The notes: generated by a model from the sequence alone, not told the origin. Shown: positions 41,033 through 53,412, numbered from the stretch's first letter. The stretch: DNA of 64,000 nt from an uncultured Verrucomicrobiae bacterium (GCA_963801815.1 CAWDGJ010000001.1:192001-256000), one strand, 5' to 3'. Made by a program: numbers and translations.

Positions 41033-44000
41033 TTAACGCGTGGCGTCTTCGATCGTCTCAGTCTCCTCGGAGTCCGACTCGCGTCCGAGCAGACGTTCGA
41101 TTTCTTCGTCGGAAATGGCATCGAGATCGACTGCGCTGGTCGCTTCCGGTTGCACCGCTACTGCCGCGGATTCGACCTTCGCTACACCGCCACCGAGGTG
41201 ACCGGCGATTAACGAGGCGATCTGACCGATGGTTCGCGCTCGCATCAGACTCGTTGGAGGTAATGCAACGCCGACCGCCGCTTCAAGCGAGGTCTCGATT
41301 TCGACCCCCATCAACGAATCCAGTCCAAGATCTGTCAGCGGCTGATCGTCACGCAGGCTGTCGGGCTTGACTCGCAGGACGGAACCAACAGCTTCCCGCA
41401 CCGCCTGGCAGATCACGGCCTGTTTCTCAGCCGGCGCAGCCGCATCGATCCGGCTTCGCCAATCTGTTGTCGCACCGACTGATTCCTGATTTTCAAGCGC
41501 GGCGAAAATGCGCTCGAGAAACGGATTCTCCTGCATGCTTCGAAAGAATTGGCGCCATTTCCCCCAATCGACCCGGATCGAAATCGCTTGTGCACTTCCG
41601 GCACGAAGGAACGATTCAAGCAGCGCCGTCGCTTCACCGGGCGAAATCGCCATCGTTCCCTGCCGGGCAAGAAAATCGGCGACACGCTCGTTGCGCGCTA
41701 CATAGCCTTCGCCGCCGAGAACACCCCAATTCACAGTTAGCGCAGGAAGGCCCAGCGCCTGACGATGGTGCGCCAGGCTGTCGAGAAAGGCGTTCGCCGC
41801 ACTGTAATTTCCCTGAGCCGGATTGCCGAAAATACTTGAGACAGAAGAGAACATCACAAAGCAATCGAGTTTCATTTCGCGAGTTGCCTCGTGGAGGAGC
41901 CATGCGCCGTGTGCCTTGGGTCCGAGAACGGTTCGCATTCGTTCGGGCGTGAGCGCCGCGAGCGGCGCATCGTCGATTACCATCGCGAGATGAAAGAGAC
42001 CGCGCAGCGGCTGTGCACCAGACTTGATCTCTGCAAAAAGCCGCCGCACGTCATCGGGCGCGCCGACATCCGCCGACACGACGCGCACTTCCACACCGCG
42101 CTCCTGCAGGTCCTCAACAAATTTGCTAGCCTCCGGACTGGAAGCGCCGCTCCGGCTCGTGAGCACAAGATGACGCGCACCGCAGTCAACCAGCCATCGA
42201 GCCAGCACTTTGCCGTAGCCGCCGAAAGCGCCGGTAATGAGATAGCATCCGTCCGGCTTGACCTCGAATCTCGGAGCGGGCAATTCACCGCGTCGCGGGA
42301 CAAAGGGCGTCGGGAATGCGACGACCACTTTGCCGATATGTTTTCCGCCCGCCATGAGACGAAATGCGGAATCGATGCGGCAGGCAGGAAAGGCCCGGTA
42401 AGGGAAGCGGCCGCAACGCGCCTTTTTCGACCAACCGCGAAATCTCCTCCAGCATCTGGCGGGTCAATTCTTCGTTACCATGGAAAACCGCATCCATGGC
42501 CACGACGTGGAACGACGCATTGTTGCGGAGCGGCCGAAGCGGGATGCGCGCGTTTTGGTAAATGTCGCGTTTGCCGATCTCGATGAAGCGGCCAAATTCG
42601 GCGAGACAGGAGAGACCCATCGGGATCGCGTCGCCGGCGAGCGCGTTCAGAACGACGTCCACTCCTTTGCCCTCGGTTATCTTCATCACCGACTCGGCAA
42701 AATCGCCGCGTCGCGAGTCGATCACGTGTTTCACTCCGAGCGTTTTGAGCAGAGCACGTTTACTCGGGCTGCCGGCGGTGGCGATCACTTCCGCTCCAAG
42801 ATGCAGCGCGATCTGGATCGCGGCCATTCCGACGCCACCCGCGCCCGCGTGAACAAGGACGCGCTCGCCCTCGCGCAATCGCGCCACGTTTCGCAGCGCA
42901 TACCACGCGGTCATGAAAACGACCGGTAACGTTGCCGCCGCCTCAAATGTCAGATCTGCCGGAATCCGTCGCACGTCTCCCGCGCGCGCTATCGCATGTG
43001 TGGCAATTCCGAAGACGGCGAGACCGAACACACGATCTCCTGGCGCCAGGTGCGTGACGTCCGAGCCAACTGCTTTAACGATGCCGCTGACTTCGTCGCC
43101 AAAAATGCGCGCATCCGGAGCATCGCCTGGATAAAGTGCCAGCGACTTGAGCACGTCGCGGAAATTCATTCCGGCCGCTTTCACTTCAATCAACACCTGA
43201 CCCGGGCCGCACGGCGGCAGTTCGAATGGAGCAAAACGGAGCGTGTCGAGACGACCGCGTTCGCGGGATTCCAAACGCAACGGCAGGGTCGGATCGAGCC
43301 ATTGCTCGCGGGGCGGTCGACCGCGATCGAGTCGCCGGACATAACGAGCTTCACCTCGCAAGGCGATCTCGCGTTCCCAGTCTTTGCGAGATAGCTCGCT
43401 CCAAATCGATGTCGTATCCGCCGAGGATGGTTCCGCGGGAAGATCGATGGCACGCCAGGCAAGGTTGGAATATTCGTTCAAAATGACGCGCATCAATCCG
43501 ATGCTCGGCGCTTGCGCCACCGCCGTCGGTCGCAGATCGCTGCCGGCGGGCTGAGCGTTTCGCGTTACCAAATCCAGGCGCAACTTCGCCGCGGGCGCAG
43601 CGGATTCGAGCGCCTGTGTCAGATGGAGCAGTGCGTCCAGATTGGTCGCCATGTCGGCTCCATTGACACGTGTATCGAGATTCCAAAGGTAAACGATGCG
43701 CTCGGGCGAGCAGCCCTGACAATTCTTGACCAGCTGTTGCCAGTCTTCCAGCGCTCCCGGTCGCAAGGTAAAAGCGTCGTTGCCATCGAACTCGAAATCT
43801 TTTCCCTGCCTGGCAACGCGACACCTAGCGCCTACTTCGCGCAGCCGCGAAACCAACACTTCACCAATTCCCGAGGCATCCGCGAAAACAAGCCATGATT
43901 TCTCCTCCGGCGCTTGCAACTGGATCTGACCCGACACCGGAGCTTCCTCGTAAGACTTGCGTGCCAGCAGGCCGATCTGACCTTCGCCTCCAGTTGGGCC

Positions 44001-47000
44001 GATCAGACCGGGCAATGAAGCCGTTTCAACGAAACCAGTTTCCTGCAGCACCGTTTCCCATTGTGCTCTCTTGAGTAACGGTTGTTCTGGGCGCAGATCG
44101 CGATCAGTGAACCGCCACCAGCCACTTGTTAGGCCGAAAACCGTTTCCGTCCAGAGTTGTGGCGTCGCCGTGTCCATGAAGATGAGGCTGCCTCCCGGTG
44201 CAAGCAGGCCATGTAAGTTGCGCAAAGCAGCGCGCACATCTTTGACCGCGTGCAGCACATTGGTGCCGATAATGAAGTCGAACGTTCCCGGTTCGAATTC
44301 CTGCTCGACCCCAGGTTTTTCGAGATCGAAAATCTTGAATTCCACCTCTGAAAACGCCGCCAGCTTTTGCGCGGCGCCGGAAAAGAATGCGGCCGAGACA
44401 TCGCTGAATGTGTAGGAATGCAAGCCGCGCTCCAAGAGTGGTAGAACCTGCGACGCCAATCCCCCGGTCCCCGCTCCGATCTCCAGGATGCGCAGGCCGC
44501 GTCCTTCGGGCAGACTTCGCGCTGCGGTGCTCACCGCCGCGGCGATTGCAGCGAGCCAATGGCTGGTGAAGAGCCCATCGCCATAGAAGTGATCCAGTAA
44601 CTCCGCACCGATCCCCGAGAACAAGACCTGCACCGCGTCCTTTTCACCGCGCAAAATCGATCCCAACTCAGCACAGTTCCCTTCGCAAAGCAGAGCCTCG
44701 GGAAGATGTCCGGGATGCTTCTCGATATAGTTGCGCAGAACTTTCCCCGCGGAGTCTGCCGCTTGCGCAAAATCCGGCGCCGCCTCGAATCCCATTTCTT
44801 TTCTCCGGAGCAAGCCGTGCCTAACGAGACCGGCCATCAACCGCTCAAAGACAGGTTGCATCGCTGTTGCTACCTGAAGTGTCGCTTCATCAAACGGAAT
44901 ATTTGCAGCCACGCCCATTTCCTGCAGCCCGCGCGCCAGTTGCGCGGCGGCGAGATCGTCGAGCGCACAAAGCGCCGCCTCCAGTTTAGGAAAGCCGCGA
45001 ACAGCAACGACACGGTCCAATGCCTCCTGTGCCGCGGTCTTCAATTCACTCAGCGGAAGGGGCGGTCGGGCGGATTTGGGTGATTCTTCGGGCGCTCGTT
45101 GCCAGGCGACATGATATGTCAGATCGCGTGCGCTGCCCGGAGAGGTAGAGCGGCCCGCACCGGAGAGGCTGATGGCCCGGAAACCATCCACCAACAGGCA
45201 AGGTTGGCCTTCCTTATTATATAGAGAGATGTCGCCCTCGAGGAAGTCATCGCCAAATTTGCTCACTCTTGCGCAAACGCGAGTAGACACGCCGGGCGAG
45301 CGGAGAAACAGAATTCGGCGGAAGCCGACCGGCAGCTTCATCCGAGCCTCACGTTTCTCAACCGTCGCCGCACCGGCGGAAAACACTTGAAGCGCTCCGT
45401 CGAAGAGAACCGGGTGAACGGCATATTCTTCCGCGCGGAGAGCCACTGCTTCGGACAACGCCACATATCCAGCGGATTGCCCGGCGCCGGCTAAAAGTTC
45501 GCGAATCGGTCGAAACTCCTCGCCGTAGCGCAAACCAAGATCGCTCAAGTGACGGTAGAACCCGTCGACCGCGACAGATTGAACACCACGAGGTTGCGCC
45601 CATTTCGAGGAGGCATAGGCAGATTCCGTGCGCTCGCCGCGCAGCGAACCGACCACGTGGAGCGACCAGTTCACGCTCCCTTCGAAACGACTTTGAATCG
45701 CGAAAGTGCGCTCGTTAGGCAAGTAAGAGAACTCGATTTGCGCGCCAGACGGCGGGTCGGGCAGGATAAGCGGCTTGCGAATTTCAAAGTCCTCAACGAC
45801 AAACGGTCGTCCCTCGAACAACTGCACGCCGGCTTCAAGCGCCATCTCGACAAAGGCCGCCGCTGGAAAGATCACATGGTTTTCCACCTTGTGATCTTTC
45901 AAAAAAGCCATGTGCCGGGAGTCCAGCCTAACGATCCAGGTGGGCATCGCGCGCGGCAATCGAACATCAAACAGGCCGCGTCCACCCGGTGCGAGCCGAC
46001 CATCGCGGGCATCGCTCGCCTCATTCCACCATCGCGCCTTTTCCCACGCGTAAGCCGGCAGCGAAAGAAGATGCCGCGACGGCGTCATCGCGGAAAAATT
46101 GAGCGGAACACCAGCACGGTGCAGATCCATTGCCGCCTCGAGCATTGATTCAAATTCACGCTCACGACGGACGGAGGAGATCACGATGGCTTTGGCTCCG
46201 CGCGCCACGAGACATTCCTGGGTCGAATGCGCGAGCGCGGGGTGAGCATTGAGTTCGAGCCAAACATCCACACCGAAATCCGCCAACGCGCCTACCGCGG
46301 AGGCAAAACGCACGGGCTCGCAAATGCCGCGTCCCCAATAGGTGGCATCGCACGATTCGCCCGCACAGCGATCGCCTGTCACCGTGCTGAAAAATGGAAC
46401 TTCGCCGGGTTGCGGTTTGAGATCGGCGAGCGCAGCTTCCAGCGCCTCCGACGCCGGTCGCATGAGCGGATGATGGAACGGATGATCGACCCTAACGAGT
46501 CGCGCAAACGCGCTTTGCGCCTCGAGTTCGGCAGCCATGGCCTCAAGCGAAACACGCGGCCCCGAGAGTGTGATCGAACGTGGGCCATTCAAGGCGGAGA
46601 TTGTTACGGTGCGGTCGTGCCGAGCGATGAGCGCCACGGCTTCATTCTCCGGCAAACCGACTGCCAGCATTGTTCCATCACCTCGTGCGCATCCCTCCAT
46701 GAGACGCGCTCGCAGAGCGACAATCCGGGCCGCTTCTTCGATGGAAAAGATTCCGGCGACGCACGCAGCAGCAATCTCACCCACACTGTGGCCGACGATG
46801 GCCGACGGTTGAACACCCCAGGATTTCCAGAGGGCCGCAAGCGCCACCTGCATGGCAAAAATGGACGGCTGCCCAATCTCCGTCCGTGACATCTGCGACA
46901 TTTCTTCGGAGCGATCGAGTTCTTCGAGAAGGGAGAAACTGGCCCAGGGAGAGAGCGCGGCATCGCAGCGCTCGACCGTTTCGCGAAATACCGGCTCATT

Positions 47001-48686
47001 TTGCATCAAGTCGCGTCCCATTCCCCACCATTGAGGACCTTGCCCGCTCATGATGAAGCCGATGCGCGGTGCCTGGTCTCTGCGGGCTGTGAAGGCCGCT
47101 CGGATTTTCGGGCTTTCTTCTTTCTTCGAAAACGCGTCGAGTTCCTCCACCAGTTCGGCCCAACTGGACGTGACGAGAGTCAGGCGATGCGGATGATGGT
47201 TCCGTCGGGCCCCTAACGTATAAGTGAGATCCGGTAGAACGGGCGAACTGCCGTTGGCATTGGCATGCTCCTTCACCCATCTGCTTAGATTCGCAGCGGA
47301 AATCTGGAGGGATTTTTCCGAACGCGCAGAAAGCATCACCGGCCACGGTCTGGAATCTGGGACGGACAGAGACTTATCTGGCTGATGCGGCGGAGGTTCA
47401 GCCAGAATGACGTGGGCGTTCGCCCCTCCGAAGCCGAATGAGTTGACGCCTGCGATGCGTTCCGCCGTCCCATTCGGGAAAGGCTCGAGCTGAGTCGGCA
47501 CGCGCAACTTGAGTTTCTCAAAATCAATGTGCGGATTCGGCGTCGAAAAATGGAGGCTCGGTGGAATCTGTCCGTGCTTAAGCACCAGCATCGTTTTGAG
47601 AAGCCCTGCCACACCCGCAGCGGTCTCCAAATGGCCAAGGTTTGTTTTTATGGAGCCGATGGGCAGCGGCGCATCGGCGGATCGATTGACGCACAAAGCT
47701 TCGGCGAGAGCATGCGCTTCGATCGGATCTCCAACCGCTGTCCCAGTGCCGTGGGCTTCAACGAATCCGATGTCCTCGGGCGCGATCCCGGCATCCCTGC
47801 AAGCATCTTGCACCAGTCGTGTTTGCGCCTCCGGGCTAGGAAGCATGATGCCGTTGGTGTGTCCATCTTGATTGATCGAAGTCCCCAAAATTACGCCCTG
47901 AACTGGATCGCCATCCTCGAGCGCCCGCGAAAGTCGCTTGAGCAGCACCATGCCCGCGCCTTCACCACGGACAAATCCGCTGGCGGATGCGTCGAACGCT
48001 GCACACCGGCCTTCGGGCGAAAGCATCGCGGCCTGTGAAAACCCGATAAATCCTCCCGGCGAAATCATAACGGTGACGCCTCCAGCCAGCGCGGCGTCTC
48101 CGCGTCCGGCCCAAATGTGTTCGCAGGCTGCGTGGACAGCGGTTAACGCAGATGAGCAGGCCGTGTCCATCGCGACACTGGGGCCGCGCAGATTCAAGCA
48201 ATATGAAATCCGATTTGCGCCAATGCTGTGCGCGCTCCCGGTCGGCGAATGCGGACCGATGCCGAAATGATCGAAACTCGTGCTTTGAATTCCCTGGTAA
48301 TCGTTATGTGAAATACCGACGAAAACTCCGAGATCGGTTCCGTGCTCGAAGTCGAGGACGAGTCCGGCATCTTCGATCGCTTCCCACGCGGTCTCGAGCA
48401 GGAGGCGATGCTGGGGATCCACGTAGGGAGCTTCCCGCGGCGAAATACCAAAGAATTGCGGATCAAATTGATCGATGGCATCAATAAACCCGCCGCGCAA
48501 GGCGATCGATTTACCCGCCACACCTGGCTCAGCGTCGTAATATCGCTTCACGTTCCAGCGATCCGGCGGCACTTCGACGACTCCCTCGCGAGCCTCGATA
48601 AGAAGCTTCCAAAGGGAGTCCTTGGAACTCACGTCGCCGGGAAAACGGCACCCGACTCCAATAATGGCAATACGTTCTTTTTGCAT
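41033..48686 (-). CDS. Single-module highly reducing type I PKS (KS-AT-DH-cMT-ER-KR-ACP); +1 frameshift near 42402
   Basis: KS DTACSS/HGTGT/GHLE; AT GHSVG/HPFH; DH HKVENHVIFP/HPVLFD; MT LEIGAGTGG; ER LVHAGAGGVG; KR LITGAFGGYG/IDD/YSAAN; ACP LGLDSL. Confidence 0.95.
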
Positions 48687-48994
48687 GGTCGTGAGTTGCC
48701 CCCCAGGGGCGGACTGATTAGCGCTGCCTGTGAGCAAGTCAAGTCAGCTACCCGTCCGCGCGCAGAGTCATGACGTCAATGGAAGGTATGATATTCACGC
48801 GGGTAACATCAAATCGATTTTAGCATGCTCGGCCAGCGTTGCACCGGCGCTCATTTCACATCTTTTATCTTTTGTCACCCTCTGCGATGCTAACTGCATG
48901 ATGCTTCTCGAGAAATTTTTTCCGTCCCAAACCGTCTCGCTCGGAAAGCCCCGCGATTAAACAGGCAGAACTGTTAACCGAATCGAACGAAATC

Positions 48995-50995
48995 ATGTGC
49001 GGAATCGCGGGAATAATCGACCTGGCCGGCCAGCGACCGGCGCCGGAAGGTGCGGTGCGGCGAATGGCGCGCGCCCTCACTCACCGCGGTCCGGACGAGG
49101 AGGGTTTTCTCGAACAACCAGGCATCTCACTCGCTTCCAGGCGGCTGAGTATTGTCGATCTGGCCGATGGCCAGCAGCCGATGACAAACGAAGACCTCAG
49201 CGTTTTCGTAGTCTTCAATGGCGAATTATTCGACTATGTCGAGCGGCGCGAGGAACTCGTTAGGCAAGGCCACCGCTTCCGCACCCATTGCGATACCGAA
49301 ATCATCCCCCACCTTTGGGAGGATTTTCACGAAGGAATGTGGGAGCAGCTGCGCGGCCAGTTTGCCATCGCCTTGTGGGACGAACGGCTGCGACAGCTCC
49401 ATCTCGGACGCGATCGGTTCGGCATCGCGCCGCTCTTTTGGAGCCGGCAGCGTGACTGGTTGCTGTTCGCCTCCGAAATAAAAGGCCTCATTGCTTCAGG
49501 AATGGTTTCACCGCGGCCCGACCGCAAGGGGCTCGATCACGTGTTTACCTTCTCCGCGATGCCGGGGCCGAGAACTTGTTTTGAAGGAGTTCAACTTTTG
49601 CCGCCCGGACATTGTTTGCGTATCACGCCTGGAAGTTCGGGCGCTGCGGCCGCGATTGCCGAACGCGCCTACTGGCAGATGGATTTCCCTGCGCAGGGTG
49701 AAGAAGAATGGGGAAACGATCCGAATGCGCTGGTGGATGAATTCGAGGGATTGCTCCTGCACGCCGTTGAAAAACGGCTGCGCGCGGATGTGCCCGTGGG
49801 CTCCTATCTGTCCGGTGGTGTGGATTCGAGCACGATCTTGGCCCTGGCCTGCCGTCTCAAAGGGCCGATGATCAATACGTACACCGTTCGAGTGGATGAA
49901 CCGGAGCTCGATGAACTGAGCGCGGCCAGCCTTTCGGCCCGGCATATCGGAGCGAAGCCGCCCATCGTACAAGAGTACGGCGATCGCGAAGCGCTTGAGA
50001 GTTATCCCCGCCTGATTGAAGCCGCCGAAGCTCCGGTGATCGACACCTCCTGCGGTGCCTTGCTCAAGTTGGCCGAACGTGTTCATGCCAATGGCCAGAA
50101 AGTCGTCCTGACCGGCGAAGGTGCCGACGAGTGGCTCGTCGGTTACCCCTGGTACAAGGCGGCCAAGCTCTTCGGATTTCTCGACGTCGTACCGGGATTG
50201 AATCTGAGCTTTTGGGCAAAGAGCGGTTACCTGCGTCTGAATAAGGTGCCGCATTTTTCTCGGGAATGGCGTGAGCGCGTAGAAGCTTCCGTCGGTGGTC
50301 CAAACGCCTGGATCGATTCCTACGGGTTACTAGCGATTTCGAAGTTGCGCTTCTACTCCGGGCAGATGCGCGAAGTGATGAATGACAGCCATCCGTGGGG
50401 CGAATTAGGATTTCCGCTCGAAAAAGCGAAGCGCTGGGCGCCGCTCAACCGCGGTATTTGGATCGCTGCGCGCGTGCTTTTGGCCGGCCATCTCTTGCAA
50501 GCCAAAGGGGACCGCGTGGCCATGCATTCCTCGGTCGAAGTTCGTTATCCGTTCCTGGATGAGGAGGTCTTTGCCTTCACCGCCAAACTGCACTCACGCT
50601 GGAAACTGCGCGGATTCCACGATAAGTACCTGCTCCGTTTGCTAGCGGAGCGCTGGATTCCGAAATCGATCGCTCGACGCGGCAAAGTTATCTTTCGCGC
50701 GCCACTCGACAGTTTTCACAAGAATCCGGAACCGCCGTACGTCGCGCAGCTTGTTAGCGAAGATTCGCTGCGTCGCACTGGTTACTTTGATTTCCGGGAG
50801 GTCGCGCGCTGGCGGAAAGGGTTTCGGGAACTGCGGTCCGGATCGCTCCCTCGACTCTCCGTGGAATTGGGTCTCGCCGCGGTCGTCGCCACTCAACTCT
50901 GGCATCATCAATTCATGGGCGGCGGCCTGGCCGACATGCCGGTCTGGTCCGGCTACAACAACGTAGTTGCAAACGATGTAGCGCTTTCCCGTTAA
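48995..50995 (+). CDS. asnB: Asparagine synthetase-like glutamine-hydrolysing amidotransferase
   Basis: MCGIAG, HRGPD, FNGE, RDRFG, LSGGVDSS, LTGEGADE, EVRYPFLD. Confidence 0.93.
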   Translation: MCGIAGIIDLAGQRPAPEGAVRRMARALTHRGPDEEGFLEQPGISLASRRLSIVDLADGQQPMTNEDLSVFVVFNGELFDYVERREELVRQGHRFRTHCDTEIIPHLWEDFHEGMWEQLRGQFAIALWDERLRQLHLGRDRFGIAPLFWSRQRDWLLFASEIKGLIASGMVSPRPDRKGLDHVFTFSAMPGPRTCFEGVQLLPPGHCLRITPGSSGAAAAIAERAYWQMDFPAQGEEEWGNDPNALVDEFEGLLLHAVEKRLRADVPVGSYLSGGVDSSTILALACRLKGPMINTYTVRVDEPELDELSAASLSARHIGAKPPIVQEYGDREALESYPRLIEAAEAPVIDTSCGALLKLAERVHANGQKVVLTGEGADEWLVGYPWYKAAKLFGFLDVVPGLNLSFWAKSGYLRLNKVPHFSREWRERVEASVGGPNAWIDSYGLLAISKLRFYSGQMREVMNDSHPWGELGFPLEKAKRWAPLNRGIWIAARVLLAGHLLQAKGDRVAMHSSVEVRYPFLDEEVFAFTAKLHSRWKLRGFHDKYLLRLLAERWIPKSIARRGKVIFRAPLDSFHKNPEPPYVAQLVSEDSLRRTGYFDFREVARWRKGFRELRSGSLPRLSVELGLAAVVATQLWHHQFMGGGLADMPVWSGYNNVVANDVALSR

Positions 50996-51023
50996 CCAGA
51001 TCGATCCATCGATTCTCGTATGA

Positions 51024-51839
51024 TCACAGCTTTTCCAGCAGCTGCCGTCCGACTTCTCTCATCTCCGGGTCATCTTTTTCTTTGTCAGGCATCGCCAGCC
51101 CTTTTTCAATGTACTTGCGCGCGTCCTCTTTACGTCCCATCTGGACGTAGATGTGGCCCAGTTCGATGTAGTGGATGAGTCGGTTGGGATTAATTTCTAT
51201 CGCCTTTAACAGACATTTCTCCGCCTCTTCGTTAGTCGTTACCGGCAATCCACCATAAAGCGCTTTGGCCAGAGCCCGCTTTACCGAGTTGACATCGGCC
51301 AGCGTACGGTTCCATCGCCCAAGAATATGCCACGCGTTGTCGTTGTTCGGATCAAGCTCGAGAGCGCGATCCACCGCCGCTTTGATCCGAGGCGCGGCAT
51401 GCACCTGATCTTTGCTGCCCATGAACGGCAGCATTTTTCCATAGCTAATGGCTGGCGAGAGTTGTGCCTCAGCATTCTTCGGAGCGAGGCTTGCGGCCCG
51501 ATTGGCGAACTCGAGCGAAATGTATCCAAGCCGCAGCTTTTCTTTGTTCGGGGACGCGTCGGCCATCAAATGCCGATACTGCCGCGCGATCCGGACAAGA
51601 ACATCCACGTTGTCCGGTTGGAGCTTGTTCGCGGGCATATAGTATTCTAGTGCTTCTTTGGCTTGAAGGTTTTTGTCGAATTCGTCGCCTTTCGCGATCA
51701 ATTCATTAGCGTTTTCTCCGCCGCCCATGTGGTGAAAGTTGACGACATTGCGCTTGGGCTCTTGTGCCCGCGCCGCTAGGCCCGAGAGGCAAAGCAGCGC
51801 ACATAACCCGTAAACGCGGAGGCGATTATTCGGATTCAT
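51024..51839 (-). CDS. Secreted TPR-repeat protein
   Basis: Signal peptide; ALELDPNNDNAWHILG, KAIEINPN repeats. Confidence 0.82.
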   Translation of the reverse strand: MNPNNRLRVYGLCALLCLSGLAARAQEPKRNVVNFHHMGGGENANELIAKGDEFDKNLQAKEALEYYMPANKLQPDNVDVLVRIARQYRHLMADASPNKEKLRLGYISLEFANRAASLAPKNAEAQLSPAISYGKMLPFMGSKDQVHAAPRIKAAVDRALELDPNNDNAWHILGRWNRTLADVNSVKRALAKALYGGLPVTTNEEAEKCLLKAIEINPNRLIHYIELGHIYVQMGRKEDARKYIEKGLAMPDKEKDDPEMREVGRQLLEKL

Positions 51840-52428
51840 ATCGACAAATAACGTGGCTGGGCCCAGCGACCCACTCTTGGCGATTCGGCGGTAGCGGCAA
51901 AAGTGGTGCAGCTTGGCCACGGACCTTCTGATCGACAACACTTGTATTTTGGCGCACTGTCAAAAGGTTTCAAATGCTGTGTTTAGGAGCTCGATCTACG
52001 GGAAATCACTTATTTCCATTTTCCGTTTCGGCTGAAGTCTCAAACGATCCGGCAGCTGCCGGAGCACCGGACTCCGTAGGCTCCGGGCCTTTCTGTATTA
52101 CAGAAATGTTTATCGCACGAAAGTGGTGATTCGTTAGGCAACTAGTTTCGCGGAACCCACTCTAACGAAACATTGCGCGATTTTCACTCAGCCGTGTTGA
52201 CCAAACCAATGGCCTGAAAGAAGTGTTCGTCGGTCGCGTCTGCGAGTTCCTTGCTGTGGATCATCCAGTGGCCGTGGTAAGAAAAACCGTCGTATAGAGG
52301 TCTTAGTCCGCTGCGTCCACTGCCTCTCTCTATATATAGAGTGCTCGCGGCGATTGGGGTATTATTCGGAGAGATCTGCTTGAGAAATGGGGTCGAATTT
52401 CGGTCAATCGATGATATTCAAAAGCGAA

Positions 52429-52462
52429 GCCGATGTGGCGAAATAGTATACGCAACGGATTT
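52429..52462 (+). repeat. Degenerate third copy of the tRNA-Leu 5' half
   Basis: GCCGATGTGGCGAAATAGTATACGCAACGGATTT, 30/34 matches. Confidence 0.85.
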
Positions 52463-52594
52463 CGGCCGCGAAAAGGCCAAAAAATGGTCATGGCGGCAAT
52501 CTCTCCAAATTTGAGACAAAACTGTACTTGCTGTCTAATATCCAGGATATCCAACGAAATTGTCGGCCTATCCATTAGTTAGGCCACAAACGCC

Positions 52595-53164
52595 ATGTTT
52601 TTCCCGCCGTTCTACCTTATTTTGGACGCCGGGTTGCTAGTTTCCGAGCTTGCTCTCGTCTGGCGACGACGTGCGTCCCGCAATCCGAGCACGCGACTAG
52701 ATCGGGGCTCTCACCTGTGGCTCTGGGCGGTAATTGTCGGATCAATCATCGCCGGTCATCTTGCCGCGCTTAGCAACGTGGGTCCGAGGTTGCTCCCCGG
52801 CGTTCCCTGGCAGTGGTCTGGAGCGGGTCTCTTTGCTGCCGGCACGGTATTGCGCTGGTGGTCCATCGTGCACCTGGGCCGTTTCTTCTCGGTAGACGTG
52901 GCGATAGCGTGCGACCACCGAGTCGTAGAGACCGGTCCTTACCGCGTTGTGCGCCATCCTTCCTACACCGGTTTGCTTCTGCAGTGTGCCGGCCTCGGGG
53001 TAGTGCTCGGCACAGCACTCAGTTTGTTCGTTATTGTAGTTCCAGCGTTCCTTGTCCTATTCCACCGCATCCGAGTGGAAGAAAGAGCCCTCCTTGCCAA
53101 CTTTGGAAAGGATTATGAAGTCTACACCCGACGCACTAAACGACTATTGCCGGGAGTATTTTGA
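52595..53164 (+). CDS. Isoprenylcysteine carboxyl methyltransferase (ICMT) family protein in an integron cassette
   Basis: LGRFFS, GPYRVVRHPSYTG, RIRVEERAL, RLLPGVF. Confidence 0.92.
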   Translation: MFFPPFYLILDAGLLVSELALVWRRRASRNPSTRLDRGSHLWLWAVIVGSIIAGHLAALSNVGPRLLPGVPWQWSGAGLFAAGTVLRWWSIVHLGRFFSVDVAIACDHRVVETGPYRVVRHPSYTGLLLQCAGLGVVLGTALSLFVIVVPAFLVLFHRIRVEERALLANFGKDYEVYTRRTKRLLPGVF

Positions 53165-53180
53165 AAGGCACACCCCCACG

Positions 53181-53303
53181 GCCTAACCAAGCGATGGAGC
53201 GAACGCCCACCCGAGGCATGCTCACATTTCAGGTGACTGAATCACTTTCCCTTCGTGCGATGCTCGCTCACAGTGGCCGTCGCTCATCTTGTTCTCGTTA
53301 GTC
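53181..53303 (+). mobile_element. Integron attC site
   Basis: R'' GCCTAAC 16 bp after the stop; GATGGAGCGAAC/GTCGCTCATC inner symmetry with extra bases; R' GTTAGTC; R'' complements GTTAGGC (52578-52584) before the gene. Confidence 0.85.
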
Positions 53304-53412
53304 GACTCTCCCCATGTGTAAATCGGGAAATCGTGTAACGATTTTTGGCCACCGTTAGTGAGTGGAGGACTTACACTCAGCGCAACGAGAATCGGTCTAT
53401 GAGGAAGGCTGG

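Noticed and set aside
41033..42355. Separate trans-acting KR-ACP gene
   Set aside because: The break falls inside the ER C-terminal motif (PLPYRAF...MAGGKHIGKVV) and is repaired by removing one base
51940..52575. Integron integrase or phage integrase upstream of the cassette
   Set aside because: No long ORF and no tyrosine recombinase motifs that I can recognise
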